A DNA stretch of 10,048 bases from a virus. This document shows, piece after piece, positions 1 to 7,060 of this stretch. The stretch lies in UHGV virus genome UHGV-0137329; one strand, given 5' to 3'. The notes beneath the pieces were generated by a model. That model was not told where the DNA came from. It made no database searches and worked only from the letters and a program-made list of their open reading frames with translations. The number at the start of each line of letters is the position of its first letter. The stretch's first letter is position 1. Position numbers and translations under genes: made by a program.

Positions 1-31
1 ATCGCTTCAATTGGCTCTAGTTAACTCTGGT

Positions 32-1027
32 TTATGGACGCATTATGGACATTCCTGACACCGGGTTAAGAGTCACAGCATCTTGTAAGAAATCCGGTGC
101 AAAGTGTGCGTAGGTCATAGTTTGCTGAATGTTAGAATGACCCAGGATGCGCTGCAATGTGATTATGTTACCTCCATTCATTATAAAATGTGTGGCAAAT
201 GTATGCCTCAAAACATGCACTGCCTGTCCGTCAGGTAAATCGGGTTTTACTTCCCTGAGAGCGTTGCGCACTTTGTAGTAACTGGCATTAAAAAGCCTGC
301 CTGAGTTTTTGGTCTTGATCCGTTTAATCAGGTCCTGCGAAACGGGAATTGTCCTGCGCTTTCCGTTTTTAGTTTTCATAAACGTAACCATCTGGTTAAT
401 GATGTGTTCAGCTTTTAAATTAGACACTTCACTCCAGCGTCCACCAGTAGAAAGGCAGACCAGAGTCGCATTTAATTCATCACCATCGAGCATGGATAAC
501 AGCCGTGTAATCTCTTCACTGGACAAAAAAGCCATTTCTGTAACAGCTTCACGTAATCGCTTAACCTCACGGAACGGGTTGTGAGAATGGTATTCACCGG
601 CGTCAATTAACTTGGTGAACATCCCGCTCATTATTGCCAGATGCCGATTTACGCTGGCTGGTTTTAGACCATCGTTCATCATTACAACGCGATAATCAGT
701 TATCGTTTTCTTTGTTAGCTGGTCAGCTCTGGACACTCCCATTTCTGCAAATTTGGCGATTATTGTCGTCAAACGCCCCCGTTCAATATCTCCACGCTCA
801 TGTGATTTTCCGTGATATATCCACCATCTGCCTAACAACTCTGTAAGAGTTCGGCGGTCGGCTGGCTTCTCCAGCCACTCTTTGTTGTGGTAGTTAACCA
901 GTACATGACGTTCGAATGCTTGAGCTTCACCTTTAGTTTTAAATTTCCGCCTGATACGTTTTCCATCTGCACCCTGCGGTCTGACGTCCACTTCATAACG
1001 ACCATCATCGAGCTTTTTAATAGACAT
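32..1027 (-). CDS. int: Phage tyrosine integrase (site-specific recombinase), P2-family
   Basis: 331-aa ORF with stop TAA at 32-34 (minus). C-terminal catalytic region HVLRHTFATHF...LGHSNIQQTMTYAHF carries the tyrosine-recombinase H-x-x-R ... H ... Y signature. Sits immediately downstream of the repressor gene on the same strand, as in P2. Confidence 0.9.
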   Translation of the reverse strand: MSIKKLDDGRYEVDVRPQGADGKRIRRKFKTKGEAQAFERHVLVNYHNKEWLEKPADRRTLTELLGRWWIYHGKSHERGDIERGRLTTIIAKFAEMGVSRADQLTKKTITDYRVVMMNDGLKPASVNRHLAIMSGMFTKLIDAGEYHSHNPFREVKRLREAVTEMAFLSSEEITRLLSMLDGDELNATLVCLSTGGRWSEVSNLKAEHIINQMVTFMKTKNGKRRTIPVSQDLIKRIKTKNSGRLFNASYYKVRNALREVKPDLPDGQAVHVLRHTFATHFIMNGGNIITLQRILGHSNIQQTMTYAHFAPDFLQDAVTLNPVSGMSIMRP

Positions 1028-1120
1028 AAAGCCCTCCGATGACGCTGTTTACTTCTACTACTTGAAAATTAATGCAATTTTCTTTCGTACATTTACTGCA
1101 CACATATGCTGAATAAATCG

Positions 1121-1432
1121 TCAGCCAGTCTTTTGGTCTGAGTGGTGCAAGGTTGTTGAGTCTTGCCCAATGTGCGCGAGCGCCGGGGCTATTTGTCCGC
1201 CAGCGGGATCAGTTTCATCAAACATGAACCAGTCACGGTACTTGCGAAATCTTTCTGGCTTGAAAAATTTCATGCCTGCGTCAAAAGACATCTTTACTTT
1301 TCCCTGCTCATATCCAGCATAGGTGTTGTAGTTAATTCCAGTTAATTCAGCAACTTGCTTCCTTGTCATTCTTTCTGACTCCCGAATAAGTGCGAGTTTC
1401 TCTGCTTGAGATGTGATTTGTGTATTTGACAT
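1121..1432 (-). CDS. C: P2-type immunity repressor C
   Basis: 103-aa ORF, ATG at 1430-1432 (minus), stop TGA at 1121-1123. The C-terminal ...GQIAPALAH.GQ....HHSDQKTG closely matches my recollection of the P2 C repressor (99 aa). It is divergent from the cox-like gene. Confidence 0.85.
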   Translation of the reverse strand: MSNTQITSQAEKLALIRESERMTRKQVAELTGINYNTYAGYEQGKVKMSFDAGMKFFKPERFRKYRDWFMFDETDPAGGQIAPALAHIGQDSTTLHHSDQKTG

Positions 1433-1549
1433 GAATTGTCTTATCTCGTAATTTATGTTGCATGCGACACGTCAGAACAACGCAGAGCTGCTTCAAATAG
1501 CTCTGGTTGAATGGCACCAAAGTTGAGGATATCAAAATGAGTATTGGAA
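1433..1549. promoter_or_regulatory. Lysis/lysogeny switch region between C and cox (expected Pc/Pe promoters and repressor operators)
   Basis: 117-bp intergenic region between divergent repressor and cox genes. It contains a 7-bp inverted repeat CAGAGCT(9 nt)AGCTCTG at 1483-1505 and a candidate rightward -35/-10 pair, TTGAAT at 1506-1511 and TATCAA at 1529-1534, 17-bp spacer. Exact promoter and operator positions were not determined. Confidence 0.4.
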
Positions 1550-1888
1550 ATGAATAACGATGTTGGAGAAAAAGTATCTGATCTCACAAAAAGTAAAAAA
1601 TGTGACATCAAACTTGCAGCCGCACCGTCGGATTTGCTCTCGAAAGAGGGATTTGCTCTTTACATCGGTAAGACGCCTCGTGCTGTTGCTGAAATGGCGA
1701 AAGCAGGCAAGTTACCAGCCTTTTATATGACGGACCCATTAAAGCCGGGCGGTCATGCTGAGTTATGGATTAATCGCCGTGAGTGGGACAGGTACGCAGC
1801 CCAACTAGTTGATGAAGCTCCGACAGAATGGCATGACTGGAAAAATCGCATTAGTTACAGCAAATCAAGACATGGCCGTGCGGCTTAA
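1550..1888 (+). CDS. cox: Cox-like excisionase / transcriptional regulator
   Basis: The central segment FALYIGKTPRAVAEMAKAGKLPAFYMTDP aligns with the P2 Cox segment as I recall it (FAKLIGKSTGAVRRMIDKGKLPVIDMTDP). First gene of the rightward early operon. The track ORF starts at TTG 1544; the first in-frame ATG is 1550. The N-terminus is longer than P2 Cox, so the true start is uncertain. Confidence 0.75.
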   Translation: MNNDVGEKVSDLTKSKKCDIKLAAAPSDLLSKEGFALYIGKTPRAVAEMAKAGKLPAFYMTDPLKPGGHAELWINRREWDRYAAQLVDEAPTEWHDWKNRISYSKSRHGRAA

Positions 1889-1898
1889 GGTGGAAAGG

Positions 1899-2069
1899 AT
1901 GAACGAGCCTCGTTGTATTGCTCAGCTATTGCGTAATGAAAGCCCCAGGGCGATTGACTTCACCATCACCCACGGTAAGGGGCGTAAGGGAATCATTATC
2001 CGCACCAAAAAACAGAGTCCGTTAAAGAAGGCTCTGACCTTTCTGAAAAGCCGGAGGGTATGGAAATGA
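1899..2069 (+). CDS. Small hypothetical protein (position of P2 orf78)
   Basis: In-frame ATG at 1899 preceded by AGGTGG (1888-1893), directly after the cox stop (1886-1888). About 56 aa; stop TGA at 2067-2069 overlaps the B start. The track ORF begins further upstream (1809) inside cox, which is unlikely to be the real start. Confidence 0.45.
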   Translation: MNEPRCIAQLLRNESPRAIDFTITHGKGRKGIIIRTKKQSPLKKALTFLKSRRVWK

Positions 2070-2566
2070 CAGTGATGACGCTCAATCTCGTTGAAAAACA
2101 GCCAGCAGCTATGCGCCGGATAATTGGTAAGCATCTTGCCGTTCCTCGCTGGCAGGATACATGTGATTATTATAATCAGATGATGGAGCGCGAACGGTTA
2201 ACGGTTTGCTTCCATGCTCAGTTAAAACAGCGTCACGCAACGATGCGTTTTGAAGAAATGAACGACGTCGAACGTGAACGACTGGTATGTGCAATTGATG
2301 AATTGCGTGATGCATTCTCAAAACGCCGTCAGGTTGGCGCAAGTGAGTATGCATATATTAGTTTTTTAACAGTCAGTCAGCGTCGTACTTTATTTATGCA
2401 TGCCGGATTGACTGAAAAAGAATTCAACCAGCCATACTGGCGAATTAATGAAGAGTCATGTTACTGGCGTGATGCTTTATTCCGTGCATTACGTGAATTA
2501 TTCAGTCTGTTTGAGTATGCACCGACAATTCTGACGTCGGTAAAACCAGAGCAATATCTGCATTAA
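2060..2566 (+). CDS. B: Replication protein B-like (helicase-loader in P2)
   Basis: 168-aa ORF, ATG at 2060 with GGAGGG 2 nt upstream (2053-2058). Size and position (after cox/orf78, before orf80-83 and A) match P2 gene B (166 aa). Assignment rests mainly on synteny and size. Confidence 0.65.
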   Translation: MEMTVMTLNLVEKQPAAMRRIIGKHLAVPRWQDTCDYYNQMMERERLTVCFHAQLKQRHATMRFEEMNDVERERLVCAIDELRDAFSKRRQVGASEYAYISFLTVSQRRTLFMHAGLTEKEFNQPYWRINEESCYWRDALFRALRELFSLFEYAPTILTSVKPEQYLH

Positions 2567-2629
2567 GTAATTAACCAGAGTTTTTAACGCACTTAATTGT
2601 GCGGGGCTTCTTTTTGCCTGGAGAAAGTC

Positions 2630-2854
2630 ATGCATACAGTTTCTGAAAATCAGTGCGGTAAATACGCATTACTGCTGCAACAGGCCAGAACCGAAGCACA
2701 GGCCGACGCAGCGACGCGCTTTTCTTCTCATCTTGACGCCATGATTCGCCACATCACAAAGGCGGAGTTATCCCGCGTGGAGATAGTCGAGCTGCTCAGT
2801 CAGGAGTCGGAAAAATTTCACAATATCGGATTGTCTCGCGGGGAGGTGCTTTGA
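2630..2854 (+). CDS. Hypothetical early-operon protein (position of P2 orf80)
   Basis: ATG at 2630 preceded by GGAGAAAG (2620-2627), about 74 aa. The track start at 2597 is a TTG with no RBS. Its stop overlaps the next start (TGATG at 2852-2856). Confidence 0.55.
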   Translation: MHTVSENQCGKYALLLQQARTEAQADAATRFSSHLDAMIRHITKAELSRVEIVELLSQESEKFHNIGLSRGEVL

Positions 2855-3156
2855 TGTCCTGTTCTCGTTCAGTTGTATTACTGAATAACGCCTTAAAAAT
2901 CGCCGTTATGAAAAATGGCGATTTATCTCTTATTCAACTTGGTCTTGATAAAGAAAAACGCGAAATAACTGAGTCTGTTATCGCGATTTATCAGAACGAA
3001 TTAAATCTCCTGTCTGATGTGGTCAATTTACTTGTTAAACGCGCTGTATTTCACAAGCAAATCTCCTCCGTGGATGAACTGACGAAATTAACGACAGAAA
3101 TCGCCAGCTATTGCGCTGATGAATTTAAAAAACTGAACGACAAAAGGAACTGGTAA
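2854..3156 (+). CDS. Hypothetical early-operon protein (position of P2 orf81)
   Basis: ATG at 2854 with GGGGAGG upstream (2839-2845), about 100 aa. Stop TAA at 3154-3156 overlaps the next start. Confidence 0.6.
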   Translation: MSCSRSVVLLNNALKIAVMKNGDLSLIQLGLDKEKREITESVIAIYQNELNLLSDVVNLLVKRAVFHKQISSVDELTKLTTEIASYCADEFKKLNDKRNW

Positions 3157-3380
3157 TGCCGGACAACATAGATTTTATTCAGGAACAACAGGCTGAATTA
3201 CTGGAGCGCCAGATTAACGCGGCAAGGGTAAAACATTGCGGTGCTTCTGCGCTGGTTTGCGAAGAGTGTGACGCGCCAATACCTGCTGCCCGTCGTGCGG
3301 CTTATCCGTCAGCCACGCGTTGTGTTTCCTGTCAGGCAGTCTTTGAAGCAAAAAACAAACATTACCGGAGAACGGCATGA
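3156..3380 (+). CDS. DksA/TraR-type C4 zinc-finger protein (position of P2 orf82)
   Basis: 74 aa with two CxxC pairs (VCEEC ... CVSC) spaced as in DksA/TraR-family zinc fingers. Start overlaps the preceding stop (TAATG) and its end overlaps the next start (ATGA at 3377-3380). Confidence 0.7.
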   Translation: MPDNIDFIQEQQAELLERQINAARVKHCGASALVCEECDAPIPAARRAAYPSATRCVSCQAVFEAKNKHYRRTA

Positions 3381-3652
3381 GTATTCGTATTGAAATTGGC
3401 GAACGTTATGTCGTTACCAGTGACAGCTTTCAGTTTATTCTCCACGAGAAAAAGAGAGCGGAAAGCGGTAAAAACGCCGGTCAGGAATGGCTGGCGGTGG
3501 TTGGTTATTACCCGAAATTAAGCCAGCTCGTTTCCGGCCTGATGCATCACGATATTCTGACCGGAAGCGCAAAGTCTTTTGCTGATTTAAACGCGCAGGT
3601 TGAGCAACTCAGCAAGCGTTGTTCAGAGGCTTTTGGCTCATATGACCGTTAA
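3377..3652 (+). CDS. Hypothetical early-operon protein (position of P2 orf83)
   Basis: 91-aa ORF, ATG at 3377 with GGAG at 3365-3368. Its 3' end overlaps the A start by 11 nt. Confidence 0.6.
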   Translation: MSIRIEIGERYVVTSDSFQFILHEKKRAESGKNAGQEWLAVVGYYPKLSQLVSGLMHHDILTGSAKSFADLNAQVEQLSKRCSEAFGSYDR

Positions 3653-5813
3653 AGCCTCCGGGCATTTTGTCCCTCCGTCAGCATTTGCCGCAGGCACCGG
3701 TGAGACGTTTACCGGTGCTTATGCATGGAACGCGCCACGCGAGGCCGTCGGGCGCGAAAGACCCCTTACACGTGACGAGATGCGTCAGGTGCAAGGTGTT
3801 TTATCCACGATTAACCGCCTGCCTTACTTTTTGCGCTCGCTGTTTACTTCACGCTATGACTACATCCGGCGCAATAAAAGCCCGGTGCGCGGGTTTTATT
3901 TCCTCACATCCACTTTTCAGCGTCGTTTATGGCCGCGCATTGAGCGTGTGAATCAGCGCCATGAAATGAACACCGACGCGTCGTTGCTGTTTCTGGCAGA
4001 GCGTGACCACTATGCGCGCCTGCCGGGAATGAATGACAAGGAGCTGAAAAAGTTTGCCGCCCGTATCTCATCGCAGCTTTTCATGATGTATGAGGAACTC
4101 AGCGATGCCTGGGTGGATGCACATGGCGAAAAAGAATCGCTGTTTACGGATGAGGCGCAGGCTCACCTCTATGGTCATGTTGCTGGCGCTGCACGTGCTT
4201 TCAATATTTCCCCGCTTTACTGGAAAAAATACCGTAAAGGACAGATGACCACGAGGCAGGCATATTCTGCCATTGCCCGTCTGTTTAACGATGAGTGGTG
4301 GACTCATCAGCTCAAAGGCCAGCGTATGCGCTGGCATGAGGCGTTACTGATTGCTGTCGGGGAGGTGAATAAAGACCGTTCTCCTTATGCCAGTAAACAT
4401 GCCATTCGTGATGTGCGTGCACGCCGCCAGGCAAATCTGGAATTTCTTAAATCGTGTGACCTTGAAAACAGGGAAACCGGCGAGCGCATCGACCTTATCA
4501 GTAAGGTGATGGGCAGTATTTCTAATCCTGAAATTCGCCGGATGGAGCTGATGAACACCATTGCCGGTATTGAGCGTTACGCCGCCGCAGAGGGTGATGT
4601 GGGGATGTTTATCACGCTTACCGCGCCGTCAAAGTATCACCCGACACGTCAGGTCGGAAAAGGCGAAAGTAAAACCGTCCAGCTAAATCACGGCTGGAAC
4701 GATGAGGCATTTAATCCAAAGGATGCGCAGCGTTATCTCTGCCATATCTGGAGCCTGATGCGCACGGCATTCAAGGATAATGATTTACAGGTCTACGGTT
4801 TGCGTGTCGTCGAGCCACACCACGACGGAACGCCGCACTGGCATATGATGCTTTTTTGTAATCCACGCCAGCGTAACCAGATTATCGAAATCATGCGTCG
4901 CTATGCGCTCAAAGAGGATGGCGACGAAAGAGGAGCCGCGCGAAACCGTTTTCAGGCAAAACACCTTAACCAGGGCTGTGCTGCGGGGTATATCGCGAAA
5001 TACATCTCAAAAAACATCGATGGCTATGCACTGGATGGTCAGCTCGATAACGATACCGGCAGACCGCTGAAAGACACTGCTGCGGCTGTTACCGCATGGG
5101 CGTCAACGTGGCGCATCCCACAATTTAAAACGGTTGGTCTGCCGACAATGGGGGCTTACCGTGAACTACGAAAATTGCCTCGCGGCGTCAGCATTGCTGA
5201 TGAGTTTGACGAGCGAGTCGAGGCTGCACGCGCCGCCGCAGACAGTGGTGATTTTGCGTTGTATATCAGCGCGCAGGGTGGGGCAAATGTCCCGCGCGAT
5301 TGTCAGACTGTCAGGGTCGCCCGTAGTCCGTCGGATGAAGTTAACGAGTACGAGGAAGAAGTCGAGAGAGTGGTCGGCATTTACGCGCCGCATCTCGGCG
5401 CGCGTCATATTCATATCACCAGAACGACGGACTGGCGCATTGTGCCGAAAGTTCCGGTCGTTGAGCCTTTGACTTTAAAAAGCGGCATCGCCGCGCCTCG
5501 GAGTCCTGTCAATAACTGTGGAAAGTTCACCGGCGGTGACGTTCCGGTTATGCACCCTACACCGTCTGAGCATGCCGCAGCGGTGTTAAATCTGGTTGAT
5601 AGTGGTGTTATCGGATGGGATGACCCGGAAGTTGTGACGGTGCTCAGGAGTGCATTAAAACATGGTGCACCGAGACCGAATTGGCAACAAAGAAACTGCG
5701 AACCATTAAAACCGTACCAGATAGCGCCATCAGGGCGGATGACAAAGGCTGAACGTTCGCAGATTCCACGCATCCATTTCGAGCTGGCACTAATTGGTAA
5801 AACCTATCAATAG
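3642..5813 (+). CDS. A: Rolling-circle replication initiator / endonuclease gpA
   Basis: About 723 aa from ATG 3642 (the track starts at an in-frame TTG at 3600). Contains the HUH motif (PHWHMMLF) and the paired active-site tyrosines (AGYIAKYISKN) typical of the P2 A nickase. The N-terminus MTVKASGHFVPPSAFAAGTG... matches my recollection of P2 gpA. Stop TAG at 5811-5813. Confidence 0.92.
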   Translation: MTVKASGHFVPPSAFAAGTGETFTGAYAWNAPREAVGRERPLTRDEMRQVQGVLSTINRLPYFLRSLFTSRYDYIRRNKSPVRGFYFLTSTFQRRLWPRIERVNQRHEMNTDASLLFLAERDHYARLPGMNDKELKKFAARISSQLFMMYEELSDAWVDAHGEKESLFTDEAQAHLYGHVAGAARAFNISPLYWKKYRKGQMTTRQAYSAIARLFNDEWWTHQLKGQRMRWHEALLIAVGEVNKDRSPYASKHAIRDVRARRQANLEFLKSCDLENRETGERIDLISKVMGSISNPEIRRMELMNTIAGIERYAAAEGDVGMFITLTAPSKYHPTRQVGKGESKTVQLNHGWNDEAFNPKDAQRYLCHIWSLMRTAFKDNDLQVYGLRVVEPHHDGTPHWHMMLFCNPRQRNQIIEIMRRYALKEDGDERGAARNRFQAKHLNQGCAAGYIAKYISKNIDGYALDGQLDNDTGRPLKDTAAAVTAWASTWRIPQFKTVGLPTMGAYRELRKLPRGVSIADEFDERVEAARAAADSGDFALYISAQGGANVPRDCQTVRVARSPSDEVNEYEEEVERVVGIYAPHLGARHIHITRTTDWRIVPKVPVVEPLTLKSGIAAPRSPVNNCGKFTGGDVPVMHPTPSEHAAAVLNLVDSGVIGWDDPEVVTVLRSALKHGAPRPNWQQRNCEPLKPYQIAPSGRMTKAERSQIPRIHFELALIGKTYQ

Positions 5814-5843
5814 TGATTTAATGAAATTTCGGAGTCATAAATA

Positions 5844-5916
5844 TTGTGTATTTAACTAGATGATTGCAATATAAGTGCTTATTATTTATGCGATTATAGC
5901 CATAACGGAGCTGAGT
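5844..5916 (+). promoter_or_regulatory. Putative promoter/RBS region upstream of the hotspot cargo gene
   Basis: AT-rich spacer after the A stop. Candidate -10 TATAAG at 5870-5875 with a weak -35 (TGTATT at 5847-5852, 17-bp spacer). RBS ACGGAG at 5905-5910, 6 nt before ATG 5917. Promoter elements are weak matches and not verified. Confidence 0.3.
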
Positions 5917-6822
5917 ATGAGTGTTGCAAGGCATCATCATTTTTTATCCCAATGTTATTTGAAAGGGTTTACAAGTAATGGGGGGAAAAAATCAAAATTA
6001 ACTGTAATAGATTTAAAGGAGCGCAAAACCTTTGAGAGTAATACTCGCAATGTCGGGGGGGTTAGAGATTTCAACCGATTAGAATTGGATGGAGTTGACC
6101 CAAACTATCTCGAGAGTTCTCTTGCAGAGTTTGAAGGCAGTGTCGCTACTCATTTAAGAAAACTTGAGGAGGGGGGCGAGTTTTCAGGCGAAACCAAAGA
6201 TGTTATTCTGGAGTTTATTTCCTTATTGGCAATACGTACGCCTGCTCAGCGAGAACATTTATCATCTCCATTGAAACAAATAGCAAAGTTTATCATGAAA
6301 TCCTCAGTTAGTTCGGCTGAGCGTTGGGACGATTGCAAATTAGCTTATGAGAAAGAAATGGGTGAGTCTTTGCCATATGATCTCGCTTACGAAAAAATTA
6401 AAAATTTTGTGGATGGGGATAATTTCGAAATCAATGTAATCAGAGAGTTCATGATAGATATGGAAATGAAATGTGTACCTGTTATCACCAAGTTGTTGCA
6501 TCAACGCAACTGGTCACTTATGACCATATCTGATGGGCAAGGGTCATTTATAACTTCAGATAACCCAGTTTGCTTAATGTGGACTAATCCTGAATTAGCA
6601 CGAGGCCCTTATTCCCCCGGGTTTGGTGTAAAAGACACTTTAGTTTTGTTCCCAGTATCAAAAAACCTTCTTTTGGCGGGCGAGTTTGATGGTCATGAGG
6701 GTGTATTCAGTTGTAATGAGGAGCAGGCTGCGGTCTTCAATACTTCAGTCATTCGGCATACCGCAGAAAGAATATTTTCATCTAATGATAATTTCAAATT
6801 TTTAGACTCATCTAAAAAATGA
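5917..6822 (+). CDS. Hotspot cargo gene: DUF4238-like protein of unknown function, candidate anti-phage defence / superinfection-exclusion protein
   Basis: About 301 aa from ATG 5917 (the track starts at GTG 5875, which has no RBS). N-terminal motif MSVARHHHFLSQCYLKGF matches the HH-x-x-P/S-Q-x-YL-K/R-x-F signature I associate with Pfam DUF4238, a family of roughly 280-315 aa. Sampled lines are about 40% GC against mid-50s% in the flanking phage core. It occupies the A-to-cos slot where P2 carries orf91/tin/old. No Walker, HEPN, nuclease or transmembrane signature is evident by eye. Confidence 0.7.
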   Translation: MSVARHHHFLSQCYLKGFTSNGGKKSKLTVIDLKERKTFESNTRNVGGVRDFNRLELDGVDPNYLESSLAEFEGSVATHLRKLEEGGEFSGETKDVILEFISLLAIRTPAQREHLSSPLKQIAKFIMKSSVSSAERWDDCKLAYEKEMGESLPYDLAYEKIKNFVDGDNFEINVIREFMIDMEMKCVPVITKLLHQRNWSLMTISDGQGSFITSDNPVCLMWTNPELARGPYSPGFGVKDTLVLFPVSKNLLLAGEFDGHEGVFSCNEEQAAVFNTSVIRHTAERIFSSNDNFKFLDSSKK

Positions 6823-6980
6823 AGCAAGGCAAAAGCCTGGTTTGATAGCGGTTTTTCTATGATTTTACTAGGAGAATTCTACCCTTAATCAGTGTGTTTA
6901 AAATGATTAATTGTCATAACATTTTTTCATTTTTAGGTGTGCCTAGAAATGCATTCAATTGCATGCGTTTTCCTCCCCTG

Positions 6981-6994
6981 TTGCGTCTGAGCGC
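6981..6994 (+). repeat. 14-bp direct repeat, copy 1 (TTGCGTCTGAGCGC), upstream of cos
   Basis: Exact 14-mer, also present at 7209-7222. The two copies flank the cos 19-mer. Confidence 0.6.
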
Positions 6995-7060
6995 CACCAG
7001 TGCCGGCGCGCCTCCGGTGTATTCGTGCACCTGCATTAAAACCGACCCATAAAGCGGGCA

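Noticed and set aside
309-846. Plus-strand ORFs 309..584 and 634..846
   Set aside because: Antisense to and fully nested within the integrase gene, with no RBS or homology signal; typical spurious frames.
1163-1535. ORFs 1163..1345 (+) and 1347..1535 (-)
   Set aside because: The first is antisense within the repressor gene. The second overlaps the repressor 5' end and the switch region in another frame, which more plausibly holds promoters and operators than a gene.
1809-1898. Upstream extension of the small ORF starting at 1809
   Set aside because: It would overlap the cox 3' end by about 80 nt in another frame. An in-frame ATG at 1899 with a good Shine-Dalgarno just after the cox stop is a far more plausible start.
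1922-2354. Minus-strand ORFs 1922..2134 and 2109..2354
   Set aside because: Antisense to the orf78-like and B genes within a unidirectional early operon; no supporting signals.
2597-2629. TTG start at 2597 for the orf80-like gene
   Set aside because: No RBS, whereas ATG 2630 has GGAGAAAG correctly spaced.
3600-3641. TTG start at 3600 for gene A
   Set aside because: The in-frame ATG at 3642 gives an N-terminus (MTVKASG...) matching P2 gpA as I recall it. The upstream extension would overlap the preceding gene by over 50 nt.
3667-5773. ORFs nested in A (3667..3951 +, 4068..4337 -, 5134..5472 +, 5166..5414 -, 5411..5773 -)
   Set aside because: All lie inside the well-supported A coding region in alternative frames or antisense. 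GC-rich coding sequence commonly yields such open frames.
5875-5916. GTG start at 5875 for the hotspot gene
   Set aside because: No RBS, and it would add a hydrophobic 14-residue leader. ATG 5917 has ACGGAG at ideal spacing and begins exactly at the conserved family motif.
6823-6860. Possible terminator just after the hotspot gene (AGGC-aaaa-GCCT followed by a T-run at 6849-6855)
   Set aside because: The stem is only 4 bp and the T-run is separated from it by about 14 nt; too weak to call an intrinsic terminator.
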